In this document: positions 30,891 through 40,747 of the stretch, piece after piece | Numbering within the stretch: the first letter of the stretch is position 1 | Layout: every line of letters starts with the position of its first letter | NCBI GenBank assembly: GCA_037137535.1 | Contig: JBAXKC010000024.1 | Location: 1-43,125 of the forward strand | DNA length: 43,125 nucleotides | Source: a bacterium | GTDB taxonomy: Bacteria; Cyanobacteriota; Vampirovibrionia; Gastranaerophilales; JBAXKC01 | Reading direction: 5' to 3' | Made by a program: the position numbers and the translations under genes | The notes under the pieces: model-generated | Database searches by the model: none | Seen by the model: the letters and a program-made list of their open reading frames with translations, nothing else | What the model was told of the DNA's origin: nothing

Positions 30891-31527
30891 TTGCTAAAGC
30901 CTCAATAAACTTAAAAAACTTTTTACCGTCAATATTGCCAATCTCTTCAAATACTGCTCTTTCAGGGTGTGGCATCATTCCAATTACTTTATTTTTTCGG
31001 TCAATTATCCCTGCAATGTCATTTATAGAGCCGTTAATGTTATTTTTATATTCAAGAAAAATCATTTGATTCTGCTCTAATTTTTCAAGTGTTGCTTCAT
31101 CAGCAATATAGCGACCTTCTCCATGAGCAATTGGCAATTTAATTTTAATGTAGTCCTCTGTTTCGTGATGAAAAGTCAGCTCGATATCTTTACATATAAA
31201 GCATGACGTAAGGTTCAGCCCTAATGCACCGGGTAAAATTCCCGATTCACATAAAATCTGAAAGCCGTTACATATTCCGATTACTATTCCTCTTTTTTCA
31301 TCAATGTACTTTTTTATAGAATTCATAATCGGGCTGAATTTTGCTAATCTGCCTGCTGAAATGTAATCTCCGTAGGAAAATCCACCCGGTAAGAAAATAA
31401 CATCATAATTACTTACAGAGGTTTCATCGTGCCAGATAAACTCAGCATTCCAGCCGACTTTTTCACACGCTCTTAATGTATCGTTATCGCAATTTGTTCC
31501 AGGGAAAACAACTATACCTGCTTTCAT
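30877..31527 (-). CDS. purQ: FGAM synthase glutaminase subunit
   Basis: FPGTNC, PGGFSYGDY, GICNGFQIL, MMPHPER. Confidence 0.97.
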   Translation of the reverse strand: MKAGIVVFPGTNCDNDTLRACEKVGWNAEFIWHDETSVSNYDVIFLPGGFSYGDYISAGRLAKFSPIMNSIKKYIDEKRGIVIGICNGFQILCESGILPGALGLNLTSCFICKDIELTFHHETEDYIKIKLPIAHGEGRYIADEATLEKLEQNQMIFLEYKNNINGSINDIAGIIDRKNKVIGMMPHPERAVFEEIGNIDGKKFFKFIEALANENN

Positions 31528-31781
31528 TGCTTTTCAAACCTCGCTACTTCGTATTTTTCGAGAACAGGGTTTGAAAGAATTTCATTACAAATTTTATCGA
31601 GTTTTTCTTTAGCTTCAATTTCAGAATCGCTTTCTATAACGACTTCATAATATTTACCTGCTTTTACGCTTGCATTATGGTCAATATCTGTGCGTTTTAT
31701 AATATTTTCAGCCGCAATGCCTTGAGGATCTTTGACTCCGTGTTTCAGTCTTACAATTACTTCAGCTCTAAACTTCATCAT
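31524..31781 (-). CDS. purS: FGAM synthase subunit PurS
   Basis: LKHGVKDPQG, GKYYE, LSNPVLE; between purC and purQ. Confidence 0.93.
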   Translation of the reverse strand: MMKFRAEVIVRLKHGVKDPQGIAAENIIKRTDIDHNASVKAGKYYEVVIESDSEIEAKEKLDKICNEILSNPVLEKYEVARFEKQ

Positions 31782-32481
31782 AAACTCCTAAAATTTGTGC
31801 TAATTCTTTATAAGAAGAAAGTAAATCACCTTTTTCTTCTCTATACACATCTTTATCAAGTGATTCAGTTGTTCCCTTTTTCCAAAATCTACATGTATCA
31901 GGGGATATTTCATCTGCTAATATAATCTCTCCGTTCTTATTTTTGCCGAATTCCAACTTAAAATCAACGAGAGTTATATTTTTCTCACATAAATAAAAAG
32001 ACATTATTGAATTTATCCTAAGTGCTGCTGATTCAATAATGTCCAGTTCTTCATCCGTTATTTCATATTTGTATTTTATTTGCGATTTGTAGATAAGCGG
32101 ATCTTTAAGGTTGTCATCCTTCAAGTAAAACTCACACAGCGGCAAATTAAACCTTTCACCTTTCTCAAACCCCAATCGTTTACAAATAGATCCCGCCGCA
32201 TAATTCCTAATAACAACTTCAACAGGAATAATGTTAACTTTTTGCGCTTTAAAAGACTTTTCGTCAATAAAATCTAAAAGATGCGTTTTAATACCTTCGC
32301 TTTCAAGTAATCTAAAAAAATATCGTGTAAACAATAAATTTACACGACCTTTTTCATTTATAATATCTTTTTTTTCACCATTGAAAGCGGTGGTATCATC
32401 TTTAAACCAGACAATTACTTCATTACTGTCATTTGATTCATAAATCTTCTTAGCTTTGCCTTCATAAATAAGATTCATCAT
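31768..32481 (-). CDS. purC: SAICAR synthetase
   Basis: YEGKAK, FKDDTTAFNG, PVEVVIRN, LVDFKLEFG, ADEISPDTCRFW. Confidence 0.97.
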   Translation of the reverse strand: MMNLIYEGKAKKIYESNDSNEVIVWFKDDTTAFNGEKKDIINEKGRVNLLFTRYFFRLLESEGIKTHLLDFIDEKSFKAQKVNIIPVEVVIRNYAAGSICKRLGFEKGERFNLPLCEFYLKDDNLKDPLIYKSQIKYKYEITDEELDIIESAALRINSIMSFYLCEKNITLVDFKLEFGKNKNGEIILADEISPDTCRFWKKGTTESLDKDVYREEKGDLLSSYKELAQILGVYDEV

Positions 32482-32543
32482 TTCTTCCTCTTAATTTTTA
32501 AGCACATGGAAGAAGGGTAATTACAAATATATCTTGCAATTTC

Positions 32544-32613
32544 CTCCTATAGTAGGCAGTTTAAGGCTTGCCTGTAGAGACTTCCGCTCCGTATCAGCGG
32601 AATTATATAGAAG
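32544..32613 (-). ncRNA. Purine (guanine-type) riboswitch aptamer
   Basis: P1 CUUCUAUA/UAUAGGAG, P2 UCCGCU/AGCGGA with loop GAUACGG, J2/3 AGUCUCUAC, P3 AGGCA(A)G/CUGCCU with loop CCUUAAA, discriminator C; directly upstream of the pur operon. Confidence 0.93.
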
Positions 32614-32635
32614 CTAGTGTTTCTTTTACAATTTA

Positions 32636-32664
32636 AAATTATCAGACAAAATTGTTTTAGTCAA
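32636..32664 (-). promoter_or_regulatory. Sigma70-type promoter of the pur operon
   Basis: TTGACT-N17-TAATTT with TGn extension, just upstream of the riboswitch. Confidence 0.6.
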
Positions 32665-32683
32665 CTGTGATTTTTTCGTTAAA

Positions 32684-33577
32684 TTATTTTGTCTTTAGTG
32701 GAATCACCTGCTGTACTTGCTTTTTCATGTCATTTAAGTTTCTCATGATTGTATCAATATCTTGTTGCTTGAAGTTATATAACGAATTATTGATAAGATC
32801 TAATTTTATAAGATCTTTTTGTCTTTTTGATATTTCATTTATTACTTTTTCTCTCATTTCTTTTGATGGGGTTAATTTATCTACAAGTTTATTAAGTGCT
32901 ATATCCGCAGTGATACCAACTAAAACACCACCTATCATTGCTAAAATTTGCGGTTTAACTCCTTTTTCTTTTATTTTTGAAATAAAAGGAGTCACAATGG
33001 TAGAAGCTACAAACATTGGTACTATAGGTCCTATTAGAATATTTTTTCCTAAATCTTTTATTTTATCTAAGCCTGTTTTCTTTTCTTCTGTAATCATGTC
33101 CGTAGTATCAATTGCCCCCATAGGTACGTCTAAAGTGGAGAAATTGACTCCTGAATACGAATAAGCCTTTTTAATTCCGCCAATCCCTGTATCTATAACT
33201 TTAAAATATTCTAGTATCTTATCTTTTTCAGCAGCCTCTTTTTTCTTTACAGGTATCTGCTTATCAAGAAATTCTTTGAGGAAAACTCCCGGTGTTACTG
33301 TTAATAGTGATGAAAAAACACCTATCGCATAATTTTTAATGTTTTCATTAATTTTACAGTTTTTATAAAAATCTTTTGCTTTAATTGCAGTCACAGTTTT
33401 GTTTGAGATTACAGAACACCCGATAATGGCAGAAATACAAACAGTATCTTGAATTATGGCATTTGCTTTTGAATTATCATCTGCTTGATAAGAATTTTTA
33501 ACAGCATCATATCCTGCTAAGTTGACTGCTATAGCAGGAGTTATTATATTAGAAAAGTTTTTGCTGTTTATTTGCAT
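32684..33577 (-). CDS. Hypothetical membrane protein
   Basis: 297-aa ORF, MQINS start, several hydrophobic helices, GGCGG RBS. Confidence 0.75.
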   Translation of the reverse strand: MQINSKNFSNIITPAIAVNLAGYDAVKNSYQADDNSKANAIIQDTVCISAIIGCSVISNKTVTAIKAKDFYKNCKINENIKNYAIGVFSSLLTVTPGVFLKEFLDKQIPVKKKEAAEKDKILEYFKVIDTGIGGIKKAYSYSGVNFSTLDVPMGAIDTTDMITEEKKTGLDKIKDLGKNILIGPIVPMFVASTIVTPFISKIKEKGVKPQILAMIGGVLVGITADIALNKLVDKLTPSKEMREKVINEISKRQKDLIKLDLINNSLYNFKQQDIDTIMRNLNDMKKQVQQVIPLKTK

Positions 33578-33902
33578 ATTACCGCCAATAAATTGACTGT
33601 TTATATAAAATATAAGTTTCTACAAATATAAAATTTGCTTAAATAGTAAAATAAAATTTTATAAAATTAAAATTCTTTACAAAAGTTAAATATATAAAAA
33701 ATCATTGTAGTTAAATAAGAGGTAAAATATCTATTAGAAAAAGAGTTTAGCTAAATCACATGTAAATAAATTTTCTTGAATGATTTTATAATACTTGCTT
33801 TTAGAAAATTGATTAATGTAGAATTGTTGTACTATTGTAATGAGAAAAATTATTTTTATTAAGATATAGTTAGGAATTAGAAAAAGAAGGAATTTCTTAC
33901 AA

Positions 33903-34697
33903 ATGAAAATTGTTGTATTTGCAAAACAGGTTCCTGACACTTCAGAAATCAAATGGACAGAAAATAACACCATGGTTAGAGATGGCGTTCAAAGTATAAT
34001 GAATCCGTTTGACGAGTATGCAGTGGAAACCGCAATCAGATTAAAAGAAGCTAATCCAGGTTCAACCATTACCGTTATAACAATGGGACCTCCACAAGCT
34101 AAGGAAGTTTTAAAAAGAGCTATTGCTATGGGTGCTGACGATGCTATTCTTGTTACCGACAAGAAGTTTGCTGGTGCTGATACTCAAGCAACCAGCAGAA
34201 CACTTGCTCAAGCTGTTAAAACTCAAGTTGGCGAATTTGATCTTATTATTTGCGGACAATATGCTATCGATGGCGATACCGCTCAAACTGGACCAAGTAT
34301 TGCTGAGCATTTAGGTCTTCCACAAATTACTTACGTTAAAGAAGTTGAAGCTACTGCTGATGCAACAGTTATCGGAAAAAGAGAAACTGAAGAAGGTTAT
34401 CAGAGAGTTGAAATGCAACTTCCAGGCGTTATTTGTATGTTGAAATGTGACTATGAGCCAAGACTACCGTCTATTAAAGGAATGATGAAAGTTAAAAAGG
34501 CTGTTATTCCTGAAGTTACTCTTGAAGGACTTGGGCTTGATCCATCACAGGTTGGAATTAAAGGTTCACCTACTTATGTATCAAAAGCATTCAGACCTGC
34601 TCAAAGAGAAGCCGGTGAAACCATTAATATTGAAGATTCAAGAGAAGCGGCAAGAGTTCTTCTTGAAAAACTTAAAAATGATAAAGTTCTTGTATAA
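33903..34697 (+). CDS. etfB: Electron transfer flavoprotein beta subunit (FixA family)
   Basis: KQVPDT, NPFDEYAVE, GADTQAT, DGDTAQTGP, GSPTYV. Confidence 0.96.
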   Translation: MKIVVFAKQVPDTSEIKWTENNTMVRDGVQSIMNPFDEYAVETAIRLKEANPGSTITVITMGPPQAKEVLKRAIAMGADDAILVTDKKFAGADTQATSRTLAQAVKTQVGEFDLIICGQYAIDGDTAQTGPSIAEHLGLPQITYVKEVEATADATVIGKRETEEGYQRVEMQLPGVICMLKCDYEPRLPSIKGMMKVKKAVIPEVTLEGLGLDPSQVGIKGSPTYVSKAFRPAQREAGETINIEDSREAARVLLEKLKNDKVLV

Positions 34698-34714
34698 GCG
34701 GGAGTATATTAATA

Positions 34715-35749
34715 ATGACAGTAGATCTTTCTCAATATAAAGGAATATGGGTAATCGCAGAAAAAAACAGCGAAAATAAATTAGCCGGTGTTACCCTTGA
34801 ACTTCTCGGTGCTGCAAGAGAGCTTTCAGCTCAATTAGACGGTGAAGAAGTTGCAGCATTACTCATGGCAGGAAATGAAGATGTTAATCCTTTAATCCAA
34901 CAGCTTTCAGAAGCTGGTGCTAATAAAGTATATGTAATTCAAAATGAAGCTCTTGCTTCATACACAACAGATATGTATGTTAATGCGGCTTATGAAGCAA
35001 TAACAACTAAAAAGCCTTCAATAGTTCTTGTTGGTGCTACGACTACAGGAAGAGATATAGCTCCAAGACTTTCTTCAAGATTAGATACAGGCTTAACCGC
35101 TGATTGTACCGAACTTGGAATTAATGAAAAAGGGCTTCTTGCTGCTACAAGACCAACATTTGGCGGAAACTTAATGGCTACAATTCTTTGTGGTAAAACT
35201 AGACCTCAAATGGCTAGCGTAAGACCTAAAGTAATGGTAAAACGTGAAGCTGATTCATCAAATGTTGCTGAAGTTGAAACTTTGAACGTTAGTATTGATG
35301 CTTCTGCTGCAAGAACAAAATTGTTAGAATTAATTCCTATTCTTTCAAATGCTTGTGGAAGAATTGATGAAGCTGAAATTATTGTTTCAGGCGGAAGAGG
35401 AATGAAAAACGCTGAAAACTTCAAAATGCTTGAAGAGTTAGCGGAAGTTTTAGGCGCTGCAGTTGGTGCAAGTCGTGCTGCTGTTGATGCTGGCTGGAGA
35501 TCGCATTGTGATCAAGTTGGTCAAACAGGTAAAACAGTTACTCCTAAACTTTATATCGCTTGCGGTATTTCAGGTGCTATTCAGCATTTAGCAGGTATGA
35601 ATGCTTCTGATGTTATTGTTGCTATCAACAAAGATGCTGAAGCTCCTATTTTCGGTGTTGCTACTTATGGTATTGTTGGTGATGTATTTGAAATAATCCC
35701 TGCTCTTACTGAAGCAATTAAAAATGAAAAATTAACCTGCTGCGTATAA
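34715..35749 (+). CDS. etfA: Electron transfer flavoprotein alpha subunit (FixB family)
   Basis: [35 protein letters not shown]. Confidence 0.96.
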   Translation: MTVDLSQYKGIWVIAEKNSENKLAGVTLELLGAARELSAQLDGEEVAALLMAGNEDVNPLIQQLSEAGANKVYVIQNEALASYTTDMYVNAAYEAITTKKPSIVLVGATTTGRDIAPRLSSRLDTGLTADCTELGINEKGLLAATRPTFGGNLMATILCGKTRPQMASVRPKVMVKREADSSNVAEVETLNVSIDASAARTKLLELIPILSNACGRIDEAEIIVSGGRGMKNAENFKMLEELAEVLGAAVGASRAAVDAGWRSHCDQVGQTGKTVTPKLYIACGISGAIQHLAGMNASDVIVAINKDAEAPIFGVATYGIVGDVFEIIPALTEAIKNEKLTCCV

Positions 35750-35773
35750 GATATCAGCATTAATTTTTAATAA

Positions 35774-35813
35774 AACATTCAAAAAGACCCTTATGGGGTC
35801 TTTTTTGAATGTT
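35774..35813. terminator. Bidirectional intrinsic terminator
   Basis: AACATTCAAAAAGACCC-ttatg-GGGTCTTTTTTGAATGTT between convergent genes. Confidence 0.88.
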
Positions 35814-35829
35814 AGAAATGATATAAGAA

Positions 35830-37443
35830 TTACGCTTTGAATATTAATATATTCCCTTTTGCCTTTAATTCTTGTCCTTTTTTTGCGTAATTATCTTTTA
35901 ACGATAGAAACTCTTGTTTAGCATCTTTCATATATACAACATTAGTATCAGGATCAACTAAGGAGCGGTACTCACTAATTTTTTTATCATTAAATTTATA
36001 CTCACTATTTGCAATATCTCTTCCAGTTTGCAGATAAGCTAAAAATGTACCTATATCACAAAATTTATGAGGTATTTTATGAACATTAAATTTCAGTTCT
36101 CGACCATCTTCAGCTAGTATTTCACCTTTTTTACATTTATCAATTAATGTAGGTTGTAAAGTTAAGGAAAAGTCAGATTTGCCATCTTCTGCTTTAAATG
36201 AATCAGGATTTTTGATTATTTCTTTTTTAATCCATTTAAGCATATCAGGAGATATTATATACATACCTGTGCAAGCAAGATATTCATCCTCTCCAATTTT
36301 TGCAAAATCCGCTTTAGGGCTATATTTGCCTGGTTTTTCCAAGAAAGATTCAACCTCTTCCTCTTCATTGATTTTTACAATACCATGCTTATCAAGTCTG
36401 TCTCCATGTATGGACATACCTAAAACCATTATACCTGATTGTTTCTTATCAAAATCTTTTACAAACTTTTTTAGATCAACATCCCAAACTTCGTCAGCAG
36501 AACAAATTAATAATGGTCTGTTTGTAGGAATTTCTCCACTTAATAATCCTTTAAAAACACAGCTTAAATTACCCATTGGAGTAGCTTCTGAAAAATTAAC
36601 CGCCTTTTTAGTACCACTTAATATACCTGCCTCATTTAAATTATCAAGTACATTATAAACTAACGGTTCTCCATTTGGAGATGGAGTCACAGGCTTAGGA
36701 AGCCCCCCTTCAGCAAGTGCTTCTGCTAAACAGCTTAATCTTGATCCTTCTCCAGCCGCAGGAATAAATACATTCATATCTTTTAAATAACTTGTATCAC
36801 TTTCATTAATTTTATTGGTATTTACATAACTATTTATAGTGTTCTCTACTAGATGCCCTTGAGTTGAAACGGCATTACTTGAATAAAGTTGACCTTTAAA
36901 AGATATTTTTTCTTTTTTCTGATTTTCTGCCGGCATCTCTACTGACAGTTTATCTCCAATTTTAAAGGAAGAATCACTTGTCATTAAAGCATTAATTCCA
37001 TTTTCAAGAGTTACTTGAGCAGAGAGCCCAGACTTTCCGGTTGTAAACTTTACTTTTATATCCATATCGCTAGACTTAGTTGCTTTTAAAATAATATTTC
37101 CATTTTTGTCTTTAATTTCAACTTTTTCTAAATTATCATTATTTTTTTTAGTATATTCATAAAGTTCTGTAATTTTAGCTCTTGCAGGGATATCAAAGTT
37201 TTTACGATTTGTATTAAAAACATCATTTATAACTGTATTATGTTTTTGTTCATCAATATCAGAATTAGCTTTGAAACTAATATTAAACAATTTCGCTGAT
37301 TTAATAGCATTTGACTGTTGCATTGATAATGATTTTAAATCAGATTGTCTTTCGGAAATATCTGAAGGTGTTTTTGCTTTTTCTGCATTCTTATTTAATT
37401 CTACATTTCCTTTAAACGTAATATTTAAACGATTTATATTCAT
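35830..37443 (-). CDS. Sugar-phosphate nucleotidyltransferase domain protein with ~220-aa N-terminal extension
   Basis: IPAAGEGSRL...LPKP, HGIV, FLEKP, TGMYI, DIGT; leader motifs ITFKG, ISFKA, ISFKG. Confidence 0.85.
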   Translation of the reverse strand: MNINRLNITFKGNVELNKNAEKAKTPSDISERQSDLKSLSMQQSNAIKSAKLFNISFKANSDIDEQKHNTVINDVFNTNRKNFDIPARAKITELYEYTKKNNDNLEKVEIKDKNGNIILKATKSSDMDIKVKFTTGKSGLSAQVTLENGINALMTSDSSFKIGDKLSVEMPAENQKKEKISFKGQLYSSNAVSTQGHLVENTINSYVNTNKINESDTSYLKDMNVFIPAAGEGSRLSCLAEALAEGGLPKPVTPSPNGEPLVYNVLDNLNEAGILSGTKKAVNFSEATPMGNLSCVFKGLLSGEIPTNRPLLICSADEVWDVDLKKFVKDFDKKQSGIMVLGMSIHGDRLDKHGIVKINEEEEVESFLEKPGKYSPKADFAKIGEDEYLACTGMYIISPDMLKWIKKEIIKNPDSFKAEDGKSDFSLTLQPTLIDKCKKGEILAEDGRELKFNVHKIPHKFCDIGTFLAYLQTGRDIANSEYKFNDKKISEYRSLVDPDTNVVYMKDAKQEFLSLKDNYAKKGQELKAKGNILIFKA

Positions 37444-37465
37444 TTTTTAATAGTCCTTATCTAAA

Positions 37466-38260
37466 TTATTTTTTCAATAATAAGTCTGTATAATTTTTAA
37501 TTGAAGGGTATTTTTCAGCTAAAAACTCTAAATGTGCAGGATATTTTATAAAATTATGTCCTGAATTAATCATATTATCTAAAGCCTTTTCTGGAGTTTC
37601 TCCTAGCTTTTCTACTTCAAGTAAAAACATCATAGTCCCTGTTCTATCTTTTCCATGATAACAATGACCGTACATTTTACCATTTAACTTTTCATATATA
37701 GCAAAAAACTCGTTAACTTGCTCTTTACTAGGAGGTTTTTTCTCATTTAAAGGAATATGATGATAAGTCATTCCTTTTTCTTTTGCACATTGTATTAATT
37801 TTTCTGGTGGAGCTTCATGATAAAAACTTACAATATCAGTTACACCTTTTTGTTTTAGTCGTTTAATATCATATTCACAAGTAACTAAACCACCTCTTAA
37901 TACATTCTCACTAGTTGTCCTGTAATTTTTTAATTTTGTTTCTACAAAATCAAAAATCCCTTTTACTACCGGATTATTGAGTAATTTACTTTCTTTAATC
38001 TGACCGATTGTGTTTACATCTCTTTTTACATAATATCTGCGTATATTTATAGGACTATATGGAAATTCAAGATTTAATTTAGCAAGACCTGATTTTATTG
38101 ATTTAATATTTAAATTTGGCTTTCCAGAAAATGCAGTAATATTTTGACTATTAGTATTACTTTGATTTACCGGTGACATTGAATAATCTCTCGTTATCTG
38201 TCTGTTATTTTGAGTTTTAGTTAGTTTAATTGCTTGATTATAATTATTAACATTTATCAT
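37466..38260 (-). CDS. Dual-specificity/tyrosine phosphatase with N-terminal extension
   Basis: HCYHGKDRTG (CX5R), LRGG, HHIPL. Confidence 0.88.
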   Translation of the reverse strand: MINVNNYNQAIKLTKTQNNRQITRDYSMSPVNQSNTNSQNITAFSGKPNLNIKSIKSGLAKLNLEFPYSPINIRRYYVKRDVNTIGQIKESKLLNNPVVKGIFDFVETKLKNYRTTSENVLRGGLVTCEYDIKRLKQKGVTDIVSFYHEAPPEKLIQCAKEKGMTYHHIPLNEKKPPSKEQVNEFFAIYEKLNGKMYGHCYHGKDRTGTMMFLLEVEKLGETPEKALDNMINSGHNFIKYPAHLEFLAEKYPSIKNYTDLLLKK

Positions 38261-38274
38261 TCTATTTTATTCCT

Positions 38275-39336
38275 TTAATAATCTATGGTTGATGATTTAA
38301 CAATATTTATTTCTTCTTCAGGAGTTATTTTAACTAGACTTGATCTTTCTATAATTCCGCCTTTTCCTTTTTCAGGTTCAATACCAATTCCGTGACTGCT
38401 TATAAGAATGGGCTTAGATGGCTTAGTCGGATTATTGTCTATAATAGTGTAATTTTTTATTGAACCATTATCTTTTTTTAGAATATTATTAATTAATATT
38501 TCACTATTTTTTAATTCGTCCATTACTTTTTCAGCTCTTGTAAATCTACCGTTTTCAATTCTGCCCATAAGCCTTTTCATTGCAGTATGTGGGTCGATTC
38601 GGACATAAATAAGCTCAATATCATAACCTTTATTACTTAATTTATCGATAATATTTGTTAAATCAGCTTTATTACAGCCTGTTGGACAACAAATATTTGT
38701 TCCTTTTTCTGATTCTTCGTCAATTATTTCATTTAATAAATCGCTACCTTTTGAGCCTAGTAAGGCACTGCCATATCTTTTAGCTTTTTCTGATATTACA
38801 ATATCTTCCGGTAAATTTGCTTTAGCTACATCTTGATCAATTAACAGACAATTAGTTTTTTCAATAATTTCTTCTACTATTGTGGATTTACCAGCAGTTG
38901 AACAACCAGTAATAACATAGGCTTTATGCTCATGCTTTGGATTCTTTAAATCTAATGATAACTCTTCCATTTTTTTATAAATTATTTGATCTTTGAAATG
39001 CAGTACTTTTTCTTTTAATATATCCTTTTGTAATTCAAATAAAAGCTCTGCTTCTCCTCTTTCCTCTGTAGTGATATTACTTAATATCTCTAAATGATCT
39101 GAAATTGTTTTTTTATTCTCATGAGTTAAATATTTATTATGGTCATATTGATCATGAGACTTAAACTGAATTAGATTTTGAGAAATTAAAGCATTTCTTA
39201 ACTGTAATGAAGAAACGTTACTGGGTTGAAAATGAGGTTTTTCTTCACACCTCTGTGTTGTATTATTAACTGTTGATTTTGTTGTTAAAAGTTTCATTTT
39301 ATTTGAAGACGAAATAACATGATTTAACGAAATCAT
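38275..39336 (-). CDS. Zeta-toxin-family P-loop kinase with N-terminal extension
   Basis: GCSTAGKST Walker A, IDQDVAK, GYDIELIYV...AMKRLMGR. Confidence 0.78.
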   Translation of the reverse strand: MISLNHVISSSNKMKLLTTKSTVNNTTQRCEEKPHFQPSNVSSLQLRNALISQNLIQFKSHDQYDHNKYLTHENKKTISDHLEILSNITTEERGEAELLFELQKDILKEKVLHFKDQIIYKKMEELSLDLKNPKHEHKAYVITGCSTAGKSTIVEEIIEKTNCLLIDQDVAKANLPEDIVISEKAKRYGSALLGSKGSDLLNEIIDEESEKGTNICCPTGCNKADLTNIIDKLSNKGYDIELIYVRIDPHTAMKRLMGRIENGRFTRAEKVMDELKNSEILINNILKKDNGSIKNYTIIDNNPTKPSKPILISSHGIGIEPEKGKGGIIERSSLVKITPEEEINIVKSSTIDY

Positions 39337-39460
39337 TAGTGATCACCTATTTTACTTTTCTTTTATACTTAAACGATTTTTTATATATTAACAAAAACAA
39401 AATGAATTATAAAGTTGCTTCATATTTGAATTCTGTTTTTAATTAACTTTAAGAATGCTT

Positions 39461-40747
39461 TTATTTTATAAATTCTTCTGTAGCTTTATCAGCAGTAATA
39501 GATAAATTTGTGCATAAAACACCACCAATAATTCTAGCCATAGCTTTTTTAGATGACTCATTGTCAAGAATTATAGGTTTATTTCCATATTTTAATTCTG
39601 TATATTCTTCATCTGAGTTTAATGATATTTTTTTATAAAAAGAATTATCGTTTTGTTCTGTAAATTTATTATCTATATTTCCCTTAGTAACTGATATAGA
39701 ATTATTCTCCATTTTAAAATAAATAGGATTTCCAATATGCACTGCACCATGAGCAACTGCGCCTTTAGTCTTTTCGCAACATATTCCGACTGGAATAACT
39801 TTTACTCTTGGCAGCTTTGTTAATGATTTAATTATGACTTTACTGATACCATAATTAAATTTTTCTTCATTTGTTAAATTAAGAAAACGTCTACCACCTT
39901 CAGGTGCAATAAAAATATGATTACCATTAGTAAAATTATCAATAACTGTACCCATTTTCAAGGTGTTATTTTCAGAAGAAGGATACGCTTTAGATACTAT
40001 TGGAACAAAGCCACCTTTATCATACATTTTCTTTAATTTTTCAGGAAAGACGTCATATTCTCTATTGGTTACAATACATTGAGGCTTGGGAAAATTAATA
40101 CCATTTTCTGAATTGTCATTATTTGCTTTATATTCACCGTATAAATGGTTGATAAATCCGTAAAACATTGCCAAATCACAGGGAGGATCAGGATGATTAA
40201 AGATAAAAACAGCAGGTTCTTTTGAATTAACTAACTCTTTAAATTGAGTTGACTCAATATTGATTTTCATATCAATACCTTTACTGAATAGCTTATAAGG
40301 TTTTGATACTTCTTCTAATTCAATAGATTCTAATGCTTTATTGAATTTTTTAGCAATATCAGGACTTGCTTTAATACGACCTTCTTGAACATTATTTATT
40401 ACTGTTTCTTCCATTTTTGCAGTTTCACTATCAAGTGATTTAGGTATTGTTAAAACTTGATTATTAATAAAATTATCGCTATTTGAAATATTATTAAGCT
40501 CAGGTTGAACAATACTTGAATTAGGCAAAATATTATCTCTCAGGTGTTTTATTAAACCTTCATTAGATTTTGTTCTCATACTAATAAATTCATCATTTTG
40601 ATTTTGTCTTGCATAGCTAGAAGCTGTTTTTCCAAAATAAGCTAAAGGATTATCATCAAGAGTTCCTTCAGTTCTTATATGTCCTTGAAAATTTATTATG
40701 CTTTTATTTGGATAAATAGAATTTTTATCCAACAAACTAATATTCAT
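39461..40747 (-). CDS. Lysophospholipid acyltransferase (PlsC-like) domain protein with N-terminal extension
   Basis: FIFNHPDPPCD, IFIAPEGGR, VIPVGI, VHIGNPI. Confidence 0.75.
   Translation of the reverse strand: MNISLLDKNSIYPNKSIINFQGHIRTEGTLDDNPLAYFGKTASSYARQNQNDEFISMRTKSNEGLIKHLRDNILPNSSIVQPELNNISNSDNFINNQVLTIPKSLDSETAKMEETVINNVQEGRIKASPDIAKKFNKALESIELEEVSKPYKLFSKGIDMKINIESTQFKELVNSKEPAVFIFNHPDPPCDLAMFYGFINHLYGEYKANNDNSENGINFPKPQCIVTNREYDVFPEKLKKMYDKGGFVPIVSKAYPSSENNTLKMGTVIDNFTNGNHIFIAPEGGRRFLNLTNEEKFNYGISKVIIKSLTKLPRVKVIPVGICCEKTKGAVAHGAVHIGNPIYFKMENNSISVTKGNIDNKFTEQNDNSFYKKISLNSDEEYTELKYGNKPIILDNESSKKAMARIIGGVLCTNLSITADKATEEFIK

Noticed and set aside
33734-33973. 79-aa minus-strand ORF upstream of etfB
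   Set aside because: Overlaps the etfB start and its AT-rich promoter region; no motif support
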